From contig JAGWLG010000007.1 of NCBI GenBank assembly GCA_028864975.1, positions 60,842 through 124,841 on the forward strand: a DNA stretch of 64,000 nt. Direction: 5' to 3'. The number at the start of each line of letters is the position of its first letter. The first letter of the stretch is position 1. The notes beneath the pieces were generated by a model. It worked only from the letters and a program-made list of their open reading frames with translations, did no database searches and had not been told where the DNA came from. The position numbers and the translations under genes are program-made. Of the stretch, positions 54,892 through 63,339 are shown one piece after another. This DNA is from Thermoplasmata archaeon. GTDB lineage: Archaea; Thermoplasmatota; Thermoplasmata; Lutacidiplasmatales; UBA184.

Positions 54892-55776
54892 CTACGACCT
54901 CGCGGGCATGCCCTGGGCCAACGGGGCGTACGTGTCGGGTCTCCGGTTCCGCAGGAAGCCCCAGCCCTCCTGGATGCTTCGGTTGCGCTCGAGGTCCACC
55001 TCGACCACGAGGGTCGCTTCATGCGTGGGGCTCGCTCGGCGGAGAACCTTCCCGAAGGGGCCGCACACGAAGGAGCTCCCCCAGAACCGTAGCTTCCCCT
55101 CCTCCCCCACCCGGTTCACCGCGGCCACATGCACCCCGTTCGCGATGGCGTGGGCACGCATGACGGTCTCCCAGGCGTCGTGCCAGTCGCCGTCGGAAGA
55201 GCGGTGGCCCTTGATCCAACCGATGGCGGTCGGATAGAACAGGATCTCCGCTCCCGCCAACGCGGACATGCGAGCGGCCTCCGGGAACCACTGGTCGTAG
55301 CAGATCAGGACCGAGAACGTCCCCCAGCGGGTCCGATAGACCGGGTAACCCTTGTTACCGGGTTCGAAGTAGTTCTTCTCCCAGAAGAGCGGGTCGTGGG
55401 GAATGTGGAGCTTGCGATAGGACTCGAGCGGGCGGCCGTCCGCATCGAGGACGACCGCGGTGTTGTAGAGCTTGCCGTCCTCGCCCCGTTCGAAGATAGG
55501 CGCGATGATCGCGACTTCGCGCTGACGAGCCAGTTCAGAGAGCGCGCGTGCGGACTCGCCATCCGCTGGCTCAGCCCAAGAGGCAAAGTCGGCGCGCTCC
55601 TGCTGTGGGAAGTAGAGCGACCGGAAGAGTTCCTGGAGGCAGACGATCTTCGCCCCACGCTGGGCTGCGGCCTCGACCCTCCGAAGCGTTCGCTCGAGAT
55701 TCTCGGTGCGGTCCTCGCCGACCGCGGTCTGCACAAGACCGATCTTGACCTTCCGCGGTCCGCCCTCTTTCTCCAT
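54892..55776 (-). CDS. aguB: Carbon-nitrogen hydrolase, probable N-carbamoylputrescine amidase
   Basis: E-K-C triad LQELF, YRKLHIP, ICYDQWFPE, plus YPTAIGW. Abuts aguA. Confidence 0.88.
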   Translation of the reverse strand: MEKEGGPRKVKIGLVQTAVGEDRTENLERTLRRVEAAAQRGAKIVCLQELFRSLYFPQQERADFASWAEPADGESARALSELARQREVAIIAPIFERGEDGKLYNTAVVLDADGRPLESYRKLHIPHDPLFWEKNYFEPGNKGYPVYRTRWGTFSVLICYDQWFPEAARMSALAGAEILFYPTAIGWIKGHRSSDGDWHDAWETVMRAHAIANGVHVAAVNRVGEEGKLRFWGSSFVCGPFGKVLRRASPTHEATLVVEVDLERNRSIQEGWGFLRNRRPDTYAPLAQGMPARS

Positions 55777-55885
55777 CCCCGGTGTCGCCGGCTCCCTCCA
55801 TCCCCCGAGCCGTTTCAAGTTGACCTTTTCACGTCAGGGGGACGCTCCTCCCCAGAGGCCTATCCGAGGTTTCGGGCCGAAGAGC

Positions 55886-57220
55886 TCACTGAATGGTGGA
55901 GGCGATGTTCTCCACCATGGCCAGGTCCTGGGGGTTCCCACCGATGTACTGCGTAGGGGGCTGCACTCCGGCGAGAAGGTCGGCCTTGTAGAGATAGGCC
56001 TCGACGAAGAGCTGAGGGAGCACCACTCCTGAACAGAGCGGGCCCGCGGAGATGCTCCCTTCGCAGTTGTTGATGCCGCTCGCAACAGTCGCGGGAGAAA
56101 GGGGAGTGCTGTTCGATTCCAGGACCGCGGGCGAGACCAGGGAGCCTCGGTGAACGAAGATGCCCCCGATGACCAGGAACGGGATGCCTCCCCCGGCGTC
56201 GAACGAGCTGACATAGCTCGACCCGGGGGGCGGGAGGCTTGGTATCGTGATCTGCGTGGGGTTCGTGCCGATCTCTGCATTGAAGGAGATGAAAGCGCTC
56301 GTGCTGTTGTCGCCCGCCAGGTTGAGACCTGGGGTGTTCGGGTAGATGTCCGTGGGGGACGAGGTGGTGAACCCGGAAAAGATGTTGACCACCGGACTTG
56401 GGAAGGTGAAGTTCTGGACGGACGCCTCCATCGCCCAGCTCGAAGCATCGCAATAGGGGCAGGCGATGGAGCTGAGGAACATGACAACGGGAACGCCACT
56501 CGTCGTCCAGGGGACACAGGATGCACTGGTGATCCGTTCCCATCCGGAGTCGCCCGGAGGTCCCGGCTCCCCCAAGGGTGAGGAGGACGGCGAGGCCTTG
56601 CACGCTGTGGACGACGGTCCGCTCAGGTGGGCCGTCCGATACTCGAAGTAGACGGCCGCGCCCGCGCCCCCTGCAATGAGCATGAGGGCCACCCAGAGCA
56701 CGGGTCCTTTGCGCCAGAAGGACGGGGAGGGCGACCGGCGGGGAATGCGTATGGTCGTCGCGGCCGGCTCCGTTCTGATCCTCTCGGCCGGAGGAGACGA
56801 GCTGTGCAGGATCGAGGCCGTGAGCGCTGTCAAGGCGGCCCCCCCGAAGAGGACTCCAGGAGCGGAAATTCGGTCCGAGCTTTGGTCGTGGACCAGTCGG
56901 AACCGCGTCCCGGCAGTCGTGGCGTCGAGGTCGATCCGAACGCGCTCGGAACTGCCTTTGGCGGTCCGCCAGACCCACTCGAGGACCCGCGGCCGCTCCA
57001 CCAAGGTCACCGTGCCACGCACCCGCTGGAGCGTTCCGTTCGCATCGGCGACCCGAAGGTCGACGTGTCCGCCCACGACGGGGTCCAAGGTCCCTGTGCC
57101 TAGCCATTTCGCTCTCAGGTCGGGGTCCACGAGGTGCTTCCAGACCACCTCCGGGGGGGCGGGCAGGTCGTGCTCCAGTTGGACCCGGCCGTCCGGGTCA
57201 AGGAGGGTCGCGGCGCTCAT
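55886..57220 (-). CDS. Fusion of SRPBCC (AHSA1-like) domain, TM and DUF929 thioredoxin-like domain
   Basis: N-terminal APPEVVWKHLVDPDLRAKW...PRVLEWVW, a TM segment, then CPYCDASSWAM and GIPFLVIGG in one open frame. Start overlaps the ArsR stop. Confidence 0.78.
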   Translation of the reverse strand: MSAATLLDPDGRVQLEHDLPAPPEVVWKHLVDPDLRAKWLGTGTLDPVVGGHVDLRVADANGTLQRVRGTVTLVERPRVLEWVWRTAKGSSERVRIDLDATTAGTRFRLVHDQSSDRISAPGVLFGGAALTALTASILHSSSPPAERIRTEPAATTIRIPRRSPSPSFWRKGPVLWVALMLIAGGAGAAVYFEYRTAHLSGPSSTACKASPSSSPLGEPGPPGDSGWERITSASCVPWTTSGVPVVMFLSSIACPYCDASSWAMEASVQNFTFPSPVVNIFSGFTTSSPTDIYPNTPGLNLAGDNSTSAFISFNAEIGTNPTQITIPSLPPPGSSYVSSFDAGGGIPFLVIGGIFVHRGSLVSPAVLESNSTPLSPATVASGINNCEGSISAGPLCSGVVLPQLFVEAYLYKADLLAGVQPPTQYIGGNPQDLAMVENIASTIQ

Positions 57221-57540
57221 GAGACCGTTCCTCTCCTGGGCAGGCGCCTGCGGAGCTCGCGCTCGAGGCTCGCGACCCTGCGGTTCCAAGCGCCTCGGGT
57301 ACGGCTCATCCATTCCTCGGTCTCGCGAAAGCCCTCCGGATTGATGCGATACACCCGACGCTGGGCGTCCTGGCGAACTTCGACAAGCCCGGCGTCGCGG
57401 AGCTTCCGCAGGTGCTGGGAGACGGCGGGCTGGCTCACGTGGAAGTTGCTCAGGATCTCCCCGGCGGAGCGCTCCCGTTCGGCGAGCAGTTCCAGGATCC
57501 GCCTTCGGGTCGGGTCAGCCAGGGTCTCAAAGGCGAGCAT
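57217..57540 (-). CDS. ArsR/SmtB family transcriptional regulator
   Basis: FETLADPTRRRILELL, SQPAVSQHLRKLRDAGLV, RRVYRINP. Confidence 0.93.
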   Translation of the reverse strand: MLAFETLADPTRRRILELLAERERSAGEILSNFHVSQPAVSQHLRKLRDAGLVEVRQDAQRRVYRINPEGFRETEEWMSRTRGAWNRRVASLERELRRRLPRRGTVS

Positions 57541-57548
57541 CGTACAGA

Positions 57549-57580
57549 ATAAGCAACCTCGAATATAAGTGGGTGCTTAT
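57549..57580 (-). promoter_or_regulatory. Promoter and inverted-repeat operator of the ArsR operon
   Basis: ATAAG-TGGGTG-CTTAT at 57565-57580 overlaps a TATA-like CTTATATT about 25 nt upstream of ATG 57540. A second ATAAG half-site lies at 57549, 16 nt away. Confidence 0.6.
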
Positions 57581-57664
57581 GCGCTAGAGGGGTCCCCGCG
57601 CGGGCCGTGCGTCCCTTTTTAATCTCGTTCCCCGTGCGGACAGTGACCATCTGGGTGGACGACC

Positions 57665-58465
57665 ATGCCGTACGAACACATCAACGTGAAGAAGGAGGAG
57701 GATGGCGTCGTCATCCTCTCGCTCAAGAACCCGCCGATGAACGCGCTCTCGACTTCGCTCGTCAAGGAGCTTGCCGAGGCGACCAAGGAGATCGGGGCCG
57801 ACCCTACGGTCCGAGCGGTCGTGCTGACGGGAGAGGGACAGTACTTTTGCGTCGGGGCTGACGTCAAGGAGATGGCGGCGATGGCGATGTCGGGGAACTT
57901 CATCGAGGAAGCCCCGAAGGTCGTCGAGAGGGGGCATGCGGCGTTCAGCGCGCTGGAGTCCCTCCCGCAGCCGGTGATCGCGGCCGTCAATGGCATGGCG
58001 CTCGGTGGAGGCCTCGAGCTCGCGATCTCGGCGGATATACGCATCGCGGGCGACTCGACCAAGCTCGGCGCCCCTGAGGTCACCCTGGGGCTCATTCCCG
58101 CCTACGGCGGGACCCAGCGGCTCCCTCGCCTGGTCGGGCTCGCGAAGGCGAACGAGCTGATCCTGACGGGCAGCATGATCCCTGGGCCGGAGGCCCTCAA
58201 GATCGGGCTCGTCAACAAGGTCGTCCCGGCCGGGCAGGAGCTCAGGGCCGCCCGCGACCTCGCGCACACCATTGGGGCCAAGTGCTCGCCCCCCGCGGTC
58301 TCGGCCGCGAAGGCCGCCATCCGACAGGGGCTCTCCAAGCCTCTCTCCGAGGGACTTAAGGGCGAGGCCGAGATCTTCCAGAAGAAGGTTCTGCCGTCCG
58401 AGGACCTCGCCGAAGGCATCACCGCCTTCAGCGAGAAGCGCCCCCCCAAGTACAAGGGGAAGTGA
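57665..58465 (+). CDS. Enoyl-CoA hydratase/isomerase
   Basis: FCVGADVKE, ALGGGLELA, PEVTLGLIPAYGGTQRLPRLVG. Confidence 0.95.
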   Translation: MPYEHINVKKEEDGVVILSLKNPPMNALSTSLVKELAEATKEIGADPTVRAVVLTGEGQYFCVGADVKEMAAMAMSGNFIEEAPKVVERGHAAFSALESLPQPVIAAVNGMALGGGLELAISADIRIAGDSTKLGAPEVTLGLIPAYGGTQRLPRLVGLAKANELILTGSMIPGPEALKIGLVNKVVPAGQELRAARDLAHTIGAKCSPPAVSAAKAAIRQGLSKPLSEGLKGEAEIFQKKVLPSEDLAEGITAFSEKRPPKYKGK

Positions 58466-58495
58466 GCCGCCCTCGGTCGGTCAGCGAGGTCCACC

Positions 58496-59737
58496 ATGGC
58501 GATCGCAGAAGAGGCAACGATGGAGCACGGCGCACCCACCATCCAGATGAAGTTCACCGAGGAGCAGAACGCGCTGAGAGAGACCGTTGCGAAGTTCGCC
58601 CAGGACGAGATGGTCCCCGTCCTCGACGAGATGGACGAGAAGGAGGAGTTCCCCGTGAAGACCGTCCAGCGCATGAAGGACCTCGGGTTCTTCGGGGTCC
58701 CGGTCCCCGAAGAATATGGCGGGCTCGGCATGGGCAAGGTCGGCTATTGCATCATGCTGGAGGAGCTAGGCAAGTTCGACGCCTCCCACCCGGCGATCTT
58801 GGGCGCCCACACTTCGCTCGGCATGTCGCCGCTGCTCTACTACGGTACCGAGGAGCAGAAGCAGAAGTTCCTGGCCCCCGCCGCGCGGGGGGAGAAGCTC
58901 ATGGGCTTCTCGCTCACGGAACCCCACAGCGGCTCGGACTCCGGTGCGCTCAAGACCGAGGCGAAGGAGGAAGGCGACTACTGGGTCCTCAACGGTAACA
59001 AGATCTTCGTGACCAACGGCAAGGAGGCCGACCAGATCGTCGTGATGGCCGCGAACGACGCCAACCTGGGGTCGAACGGCGGGATCACCGCTTTCCTCGT
59101 CGAGAAGGGGACGAAGGGGTTCAAAGTGGGTCGCTGCGAAAAGAAGATGGGGCTGCACGGCACCAGCACCGCGGAGCTCATCTTCGAGAACTGTGCCGTA
59201 CCCAAGGGGAACATCATCGGAGGCGTCGGGAAGGGCTTCTACGTCGCCATGACCGCGCTCGACGTGGGACGCGTCTCCCTCGGCGCGGGGTCGTGCGGCG
59301 GGATCTGGGGCTCGTTGAACGTCGGGCTCAACTACGCGAACAACCGTATGCAGTTCGACGCGCCGATCATCCAGTACCAGGCGATCCAGTTCAAGCTCGC
59401 CGACATGGCGATGCACCTGCACGCCCTGCGAACGATGGTCTACCAGGCGGCTGCGTTCCAGGACTCGATCGGGTACGACCCCAAGAAGTGGTCCCGCAGC
59501 GACCGGCTCAAGAAGTCGCGCGACAGTGCGGTCATCAAGTGCCTAGGCAGCGAGTGGGCCTCGAAAGCGGTCAGCGAAGCATTGCAGATCCACGGCGGGA
59601 TCGGCTACATTCGAGGAACTCCGATCGAGCGGGCTTACCGCGATGCGCGCATCAGCGAGATCTTCGAGGGCACCAACGAGGTCCAGCGAATGATCATCGC
59701 GGGCGACCTCATCGGACGGAACGGCTTCGTACCCTGA
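58496..59737 (+). CDS. Acyl-CoA dehydrogenase
   Basis: SLTEPHSGSD, LNGNKIFVTNG, KMGLHG, QIHGGIGY, IFEGTNEVQ. Confidence 0.95.
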   Translation: MAIAEEATMEHGAPTIQMKFTEEQNALRETVAKFAQDEMVPVLDEMDEKEEFPVKTVQRMKDLGFFGVPVPEEYGGLGMGKVGYCIMLEELGKFDASHPAILGAHTSLGMSPLLYYGTEEQKQKFLAPAARGEKLMGFSLTEPHSGSDSGALKTEAKEEGDYWVLNGNKIFVTNGKEADQIVVMAANDANLGSNGGITAFLVEKGTKGFKVGRCEKKMGLHGTSTAELIFENCAVPKGNIIGGVGKGFYVAMTALDVGRVSLGAGSCGGIWGSLNVGLNYANNRMQFDAPIIQYQAIQFKLADMAMHLHALRTMVYQAAAFQDSIGYDPKKWSRSDRLKKSRDSAVIKCLGSEWASKAVSEALQIHGGIGYIRGTPIERAYRDARISEIFEGTNEVQRMIIAGDLIGRNGFVP

Positions 59738-59917
59738 TTCGGGGAGGGGTGGGTCCATCTACTGCCCGAACATGTTCACGGAGATGAACGCGCCCTCGAG
59801 ATCTGATTGAGGGCGAGCCCGGACCCGTGCCGTATCGTGACCCGTTGTTACATTCCGTTACATCCGGGATGCTCTTGACCCTCCACCGAGGGACCAAGGG
59901 GCTCTCGGCACGCGTTC

Positions 59918-60147
59918 TTGCTCCTCGCCCCAGAAGGACCAGACGACGAGGTCGTTGTCTCCCGCGAGAATCTCGGCAAGCTCGTCGAGGAGATCGATTG
60001 CCCTCGGTCGGACCTCCAGAAGGAGCAGGAAGCGCGAGCCAATGAAGGCGCGGCGCGGGAGACGAGCCAACTAGCGCTGGAGCGCCTGGCACAGGAGGTT
60101 CCTGATGCAAGCCAAGAAATCACAGCCCTCGGGGAGTTTTCACGGGA
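59918..60147 (+). pseudogene. Fragment of a helical/coiled-coil gene next to the IS110 remnant
   Basis: EVVVSRENLGKLVEEID...QEARANEGAARETSQLALERLAQE reads as protein but lacks a clear start and ends at the transposase junction. Confidence 0.3.
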
Positions 60148-60405
60148 GATGATGCGAGTCTTGAACGGGTGAGCCAGGACAACCTTCGCCCCGGTCGAGG
60201 CCGCCGCGTCGAAACAGTGCTCCCATACGTTGCATGCCTCCAGAACGACCTGTTGAGGCCGGGGGAGTCTTCCCAAGAAGCCGATCAGTTCCTGGTCGCG
60301 AGTTCCGAACCGGGACTGGTCGATGCGGTTCCCCTGTCCATCGAGGACGGCGGCGGTGATGCTCTTTCGATGCATGTCGAGTCCGACGAGTACGGGTTAA
60401 TCCAT
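60148..60405 (-). mobile_element. IS110-family recombinase/transposase pseudogene (N-terminal DEDD fragment)
   Basis: ATG GAT TAA (stop at codon 3), then PVLVGLDMHRKS...VVLEAC...VVLAHPFKTRII. Similarity is lost after about 60148, before the last two catalytic Asp. Confidence 0.85.
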
Positions 60406-60530
60406 GAGGCGCCTCCGAAGCGATGAACGGAGGCGTCCGCTCTTGCTGGTTCCGCCCATCGGGCAGAACCATGCGTGTCATCAATTGCTCACGACCGGCG
60501 CGCAAAGGGGGCTACGGCCCTCCTGACGCA
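60406..60530 (-). ncRNA. Structured non-coding end upstream of the IS110 recombinase (bridge/seek RNA candidate remnant)
   Basis: Minus-strand hairpins GGTTCTGCCC-GAT-GGGCGGAACC (60470-60448) and CGCCTCCG-N10-CGGAGGCG (60435-60410). Confidence 0.35.
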
Positions 60531-60691
60531 GCCGGACCCTGGAGAGGGGCCGGCGCCCTCACCCTTTCGGTCGTAGCGGGCAACTCCGACAGGAGCGCGG
60601 GTAAACTGGCGAGCGCATCCGGAGGGATTCCGGAGGAAGTTCAGTAGATTCTCATGAACTCCATGGGGCGTGGAGTGTGTGAGAGTTTGAC

Positions 60692-61084
60692 ATGGCTCGA
60701 CCCCCCCTCCCCACAGAGTCGCCGCAAGTCCCAACCCTTTCTCCAATCCCCTCGTCCCTCGGGAACGGCCCTCGTTCGCGAGAGAATGCTCCCGACCCGT
60801 GGGAACCCGAGACAGGCGTGCAAGGGGGCCGTGGTCGCGAGTCCCGGCAGGACCTCTCTTTCGGCCTGGTCCCCTGCCCCCTCTGTCGGGGGCTCGAGAC
60901 CGTCCGGGTCGCGGAGGTCCTGTTCCGCTGCGTGGGCTGCGGGAGCGGCTTCTCCCTCTTCGCGGCCCCGGAGCCCGCCCAGGAGGACCGGCGCCCCCCG
61001 GTTCCCCGGACGGCGGCTCGTCGTCAGACGGAGCTCGCCTCGGAGCGCCCGCGCCGAGAGGAAGAAGGCCTCGCGGCGGCCTGA
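60692..61084 (+). CDS. Small zinc-ribbon protein
   Basis: CPLCRG...FRCVGCG within a low-complexity context. Confidence 0.5.
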   Translation: MARPPLPTESPQVPTLSPIPSSLGNGPRSRENAPDPWEPETGVQGGRGRESRQDLSFGLVPCPLCRGLETVRVAEVLFRCVGCGSGFSLFAAPEPAQEDRRPPVPRTAARRQTELASERPRREEEGLAAA

Positions 61085-61112
61085 GCGGCCTGCGGGAGAG
61101 AGGGAGGGGACC

Positions 61113-61520
61113 ATGTACCAACCAGGAACGCTGGGAAGATGTCCGGTGTGCGAGCGGGGTCTGTGCGAGATCGACGACGGGGGTTTCCTCTTCTGTCCGG
61201 AGTGCTGCGCCCGCGAGGACGCCCAGGGACTGTTCCTCCCGGTGCGCGCGGACGAACGCGATTTCCACGCCTTCTCCATAGGGCTGGAGGCCTGCCCGTC
61301 CTGCGGCCAGGCCGAGACCCGCCGGGAGTCGGACGACCATGTCTACTGCTTCCGGTGCGAGCGGCTGGTGGCCTCGTCGATCCCCATGACGTGGGTGCCG
61401 GTCGGGGCCACCTGCCGACTCGACCGCAGCTGCCGCCTCTTCCCCCGACGTACGCCGTGGACCCTTCTCCCCGAGGGAGCGGTCACCTCCCCGGCCGGAG
61501 GGGCAACCCCCCATGCATGA
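61113..61520 (+). CDS. Double zinc-finger protein
   Basis: CPVC..CPECC and CPSC..CFRC. GGAGGGGA SD before ATG 61113. Confidence 0.7.
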   Translation: MYQPGTLGRCPVCERGLCEIDDGGFLFCPECCAREDAQGLFLPVRADERDFHAFSIGLEACPSCGQAETRRESDDHVYCFRCERLVASSIPMTWVPVGATCRLDRSCRLFPRRTPWTLLPEGAVTSPAGGATPHA

Positions 61521-61756
61521 AGCGCTCCTTCGAGCGGCGCCCCCGCGTCGTCGCCTTCCCGTCCTTCGACTCGGGAGAGATTCCGGAAGGAGTTCGGTGG
61601 ATTCCCTTGAACCTCCGCGCGCTCCACGGCCTTCTGAGGAGGCTCACGACCCTCGCATGGCCGCGACACTCCCGGAGCCCCTGCCTCTACGCTCAGGTAG
61701 GCGTCGCGGCTCGCTCACGCGCGGAAGTCTCGGGCCGCGCGCCCGCCCCTTCCTAG
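61517..61756 (+). CDS. Small hypothetical protein
   Basis: ATGA overlap with the previous stop and TAGTG overlap with the next ORF. Confidence 0.35.
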   Translation: MKRSFERRPRVVAFPSFDSGEIPEGVRWIPLNLRALHGLLRRLTTLAWPRHSRSPCLYAQVGVAARSRAEVSGRAPAPS

Positions 61757-62178
61757 TGGTCTGCGACGATCCCGCGGTCGAGCGCATGCTCCAGCGCACG
61801 CTCGAGGCGCTCTTCGTCGCCCCGGTCCCAATGGCAGGTCTGCTCGACCAGCTGAGAGCCTCCCGCCCCTCTTCCGACGAGGTGATCGCGGTGTACGTTG
61901 AGACCCTGGAGCAGGCCTGCGCGCTTCGATGCCTGAGGAGCTACGACCTCCTCCCCCCCGTCCATGTCCTGGCTACCTCCCGCCTGGGGAGCCGCGCGCG
62001 CGAGGTCCTCGCGGAGTGCGTGAGGAGCGTCTCCTTCATCCACGAGGAGACGCCCGGGGCCCGGCGAGCCTCCCCCCCGTATGGGGCCCCGCCCGAGGGA
62101 CGAGGAGTCCCCCATCCGTCCCGCCCCGCGCGGGGGCTCCAGGGGGTCTGTCTGTCCTCCGGGAGGACCAGCTCGTGA
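61756..62178 (+). CDS. Degenerate receiver (REC)-like protein
   Basis: (FLV)VCDDPAVERMLQRTL resembles the REC beta1-alpha1 segment, followed by PPVHVLATS. Start could be 61513 or GTG 61756. Confidence 0.45.
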   Translation: MVCDDPAVERMLQRTLEALFVAPVPMAGLLDQLRASRPSSDEVIAVYVETLEQACALRCLRSYDLLPPVHVLATSRLGSRAREVLAECVRSVSFIHEETPGARRASPPYGAPPEGRGVPHPSRPARGLQGVCLSSGRTSS

Positions 62179-62381
62179 GGATCCTGCTCTACGACCCGGT
62201 ACCCCTCCCCTTCGGACTTGCGGGGGAGCCCCCCGGAACGGACGTGGCCCCTCATCCGTCGGCGCACGCCGGCGAGGCGCCGTCCCAGTTCTCACCGGAG
62301 ATGCTTCCGCCCGGAGGAGGCTCGGGGTTCCTCTCTCCAGGACACGGAGAGGAGCTTCCGCTCGACGCGATCCTTCAATGA
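62175..62381 (+). CDS. Small hypothetical protein
   Basis: GGGAGGA SD and GTGA overlap; reads VRILLYDPVPLPFG.... Confidence 0.35.
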   Translation: MRILLYDPVPLPFGLAGEPPGTDVAPHPSAHAGEAPSQFSPEMLPPGGGSGFLSPGHGEELPLDAILQ

Positions 62382-62486
62382 GGTACCCTCTCCTCCCGGT
62401 TCGAACACGCGACGACCCCGCTCCCCCGGGAGGGGCCCTGGGCTGCGAAAGGCCAAAGACCCGCGGACCGATGCAGGAGGGCAGCC

Positions 62487-62777
62487 TTGGACGCCTTCAC
62501 CCGGTCCCTCTGGTGGATACTTGGGAGCAGCGCCGGGGGCCCCACCCGGGTTCGCGTGGTGATGGCGCTGCACGATCGCCCCCGCAACGCGTTCCAGTTG
62601 TGCAAGGACCTCGCGCTCGACTACAGCACAGTCCAGCATCACCTTCGCATCCTGACGGAGAACCACCTGGTGGACGGGGCCGGGCCCCGTTACGGCCGAG
62701 TGTACGTTCCTTCCCAATCCCTTGAGGACCACTGGAAGGTCATGGAGGAGATCCTTGAACGAAGCGAACGCAGGTGA
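62487..62777 (+). CDS. Archaeal ArsR-like winged-helix regulator
   Basis: LWWILGSSAGGPTRVRVV..L..RPRNAFQL..DLALDYSTVQHHLRIL.ENHLV....RYGRVY. TTG start. Confidence 0.85.
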   Translation: MDAFTRSLWWILGSSAGGPTRVRVVMALHDRPRNAFQLCKDLALDYSTVQHHLRILTENHLVDGAGPRYGRVYVPSQSLEDHWKVMEEILERSERR

Positions 62778-62790
62778 GAGCCCGCCCAAG

Positions 62791-63261
62791 GTGAGCGCAA
62801 CCAAGAGCCGACCGGAAGGGAGAAAGGGCGGGCACGCATCGCTCGACCGCCAGGGGAAACTCTTCTTCGCCGCCACGCTCCTAGTCGGAGCCGTCGCCGG
62901 GCTCGCCACGCTCTGGCTCATCCCCGCGCCGGCCTCGTTCCCGCCCGGCCTGGGCTACCCCCCGGCCGACTTCCCCCTCGCCTTCGATGTCGTGACGGTC
63001 TCTTCGATTCTGCGGGTGACGCTTCTGGTGGCCCTGGCGTCGATTTATTGGAGGGCGTTCCTCCTGCTGCGAGCTCCCTTTCAGTTGGGGCTGGCGCTGG
63101 CCTTCACCTCCCTGCTCGCCTCGGTCACGCTCGGGTCCCCCTTCGTCTTCGACACCCTACGCCTCGGGTTCGGTCCGGGACTGGAGTACCGGTTCTACGC
63201 GGTCATGATGGTGCTCCAAGACCTCTGCTTCACCACGCTCCTCTACGTGAGCCTCATGTGA
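62791..63261 (+). CDS. Small four-TM membrane protein
   Basis: Four hydrophobic segments directly downstream of the wHTH gene. GTG start with AGGTGA upstream. Confidence 0.7.
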   Translation: MSATKSRPEGRKGGHASLDRQGKLFFAATLLVGAVAGLATLWLIPAPASFPPGLGYPPADFPLAFDVVTVSSILRVTLLVALASIYWRAFLLLRAPFQLGLALAFTSLLASVTLGSPFVFDTLRLGFGPGLEYRFYAVMMVLQDLCFTTLLYVSLM

Positions 63262-63339
63262 GTGGCGCCCGCGCCCTCGAGCCTCGCCGGCCTCTTCTCG
63301 GGAGGGAGGGCCCTGCGGGTGCCGTGGGGCCGCCAGGTA

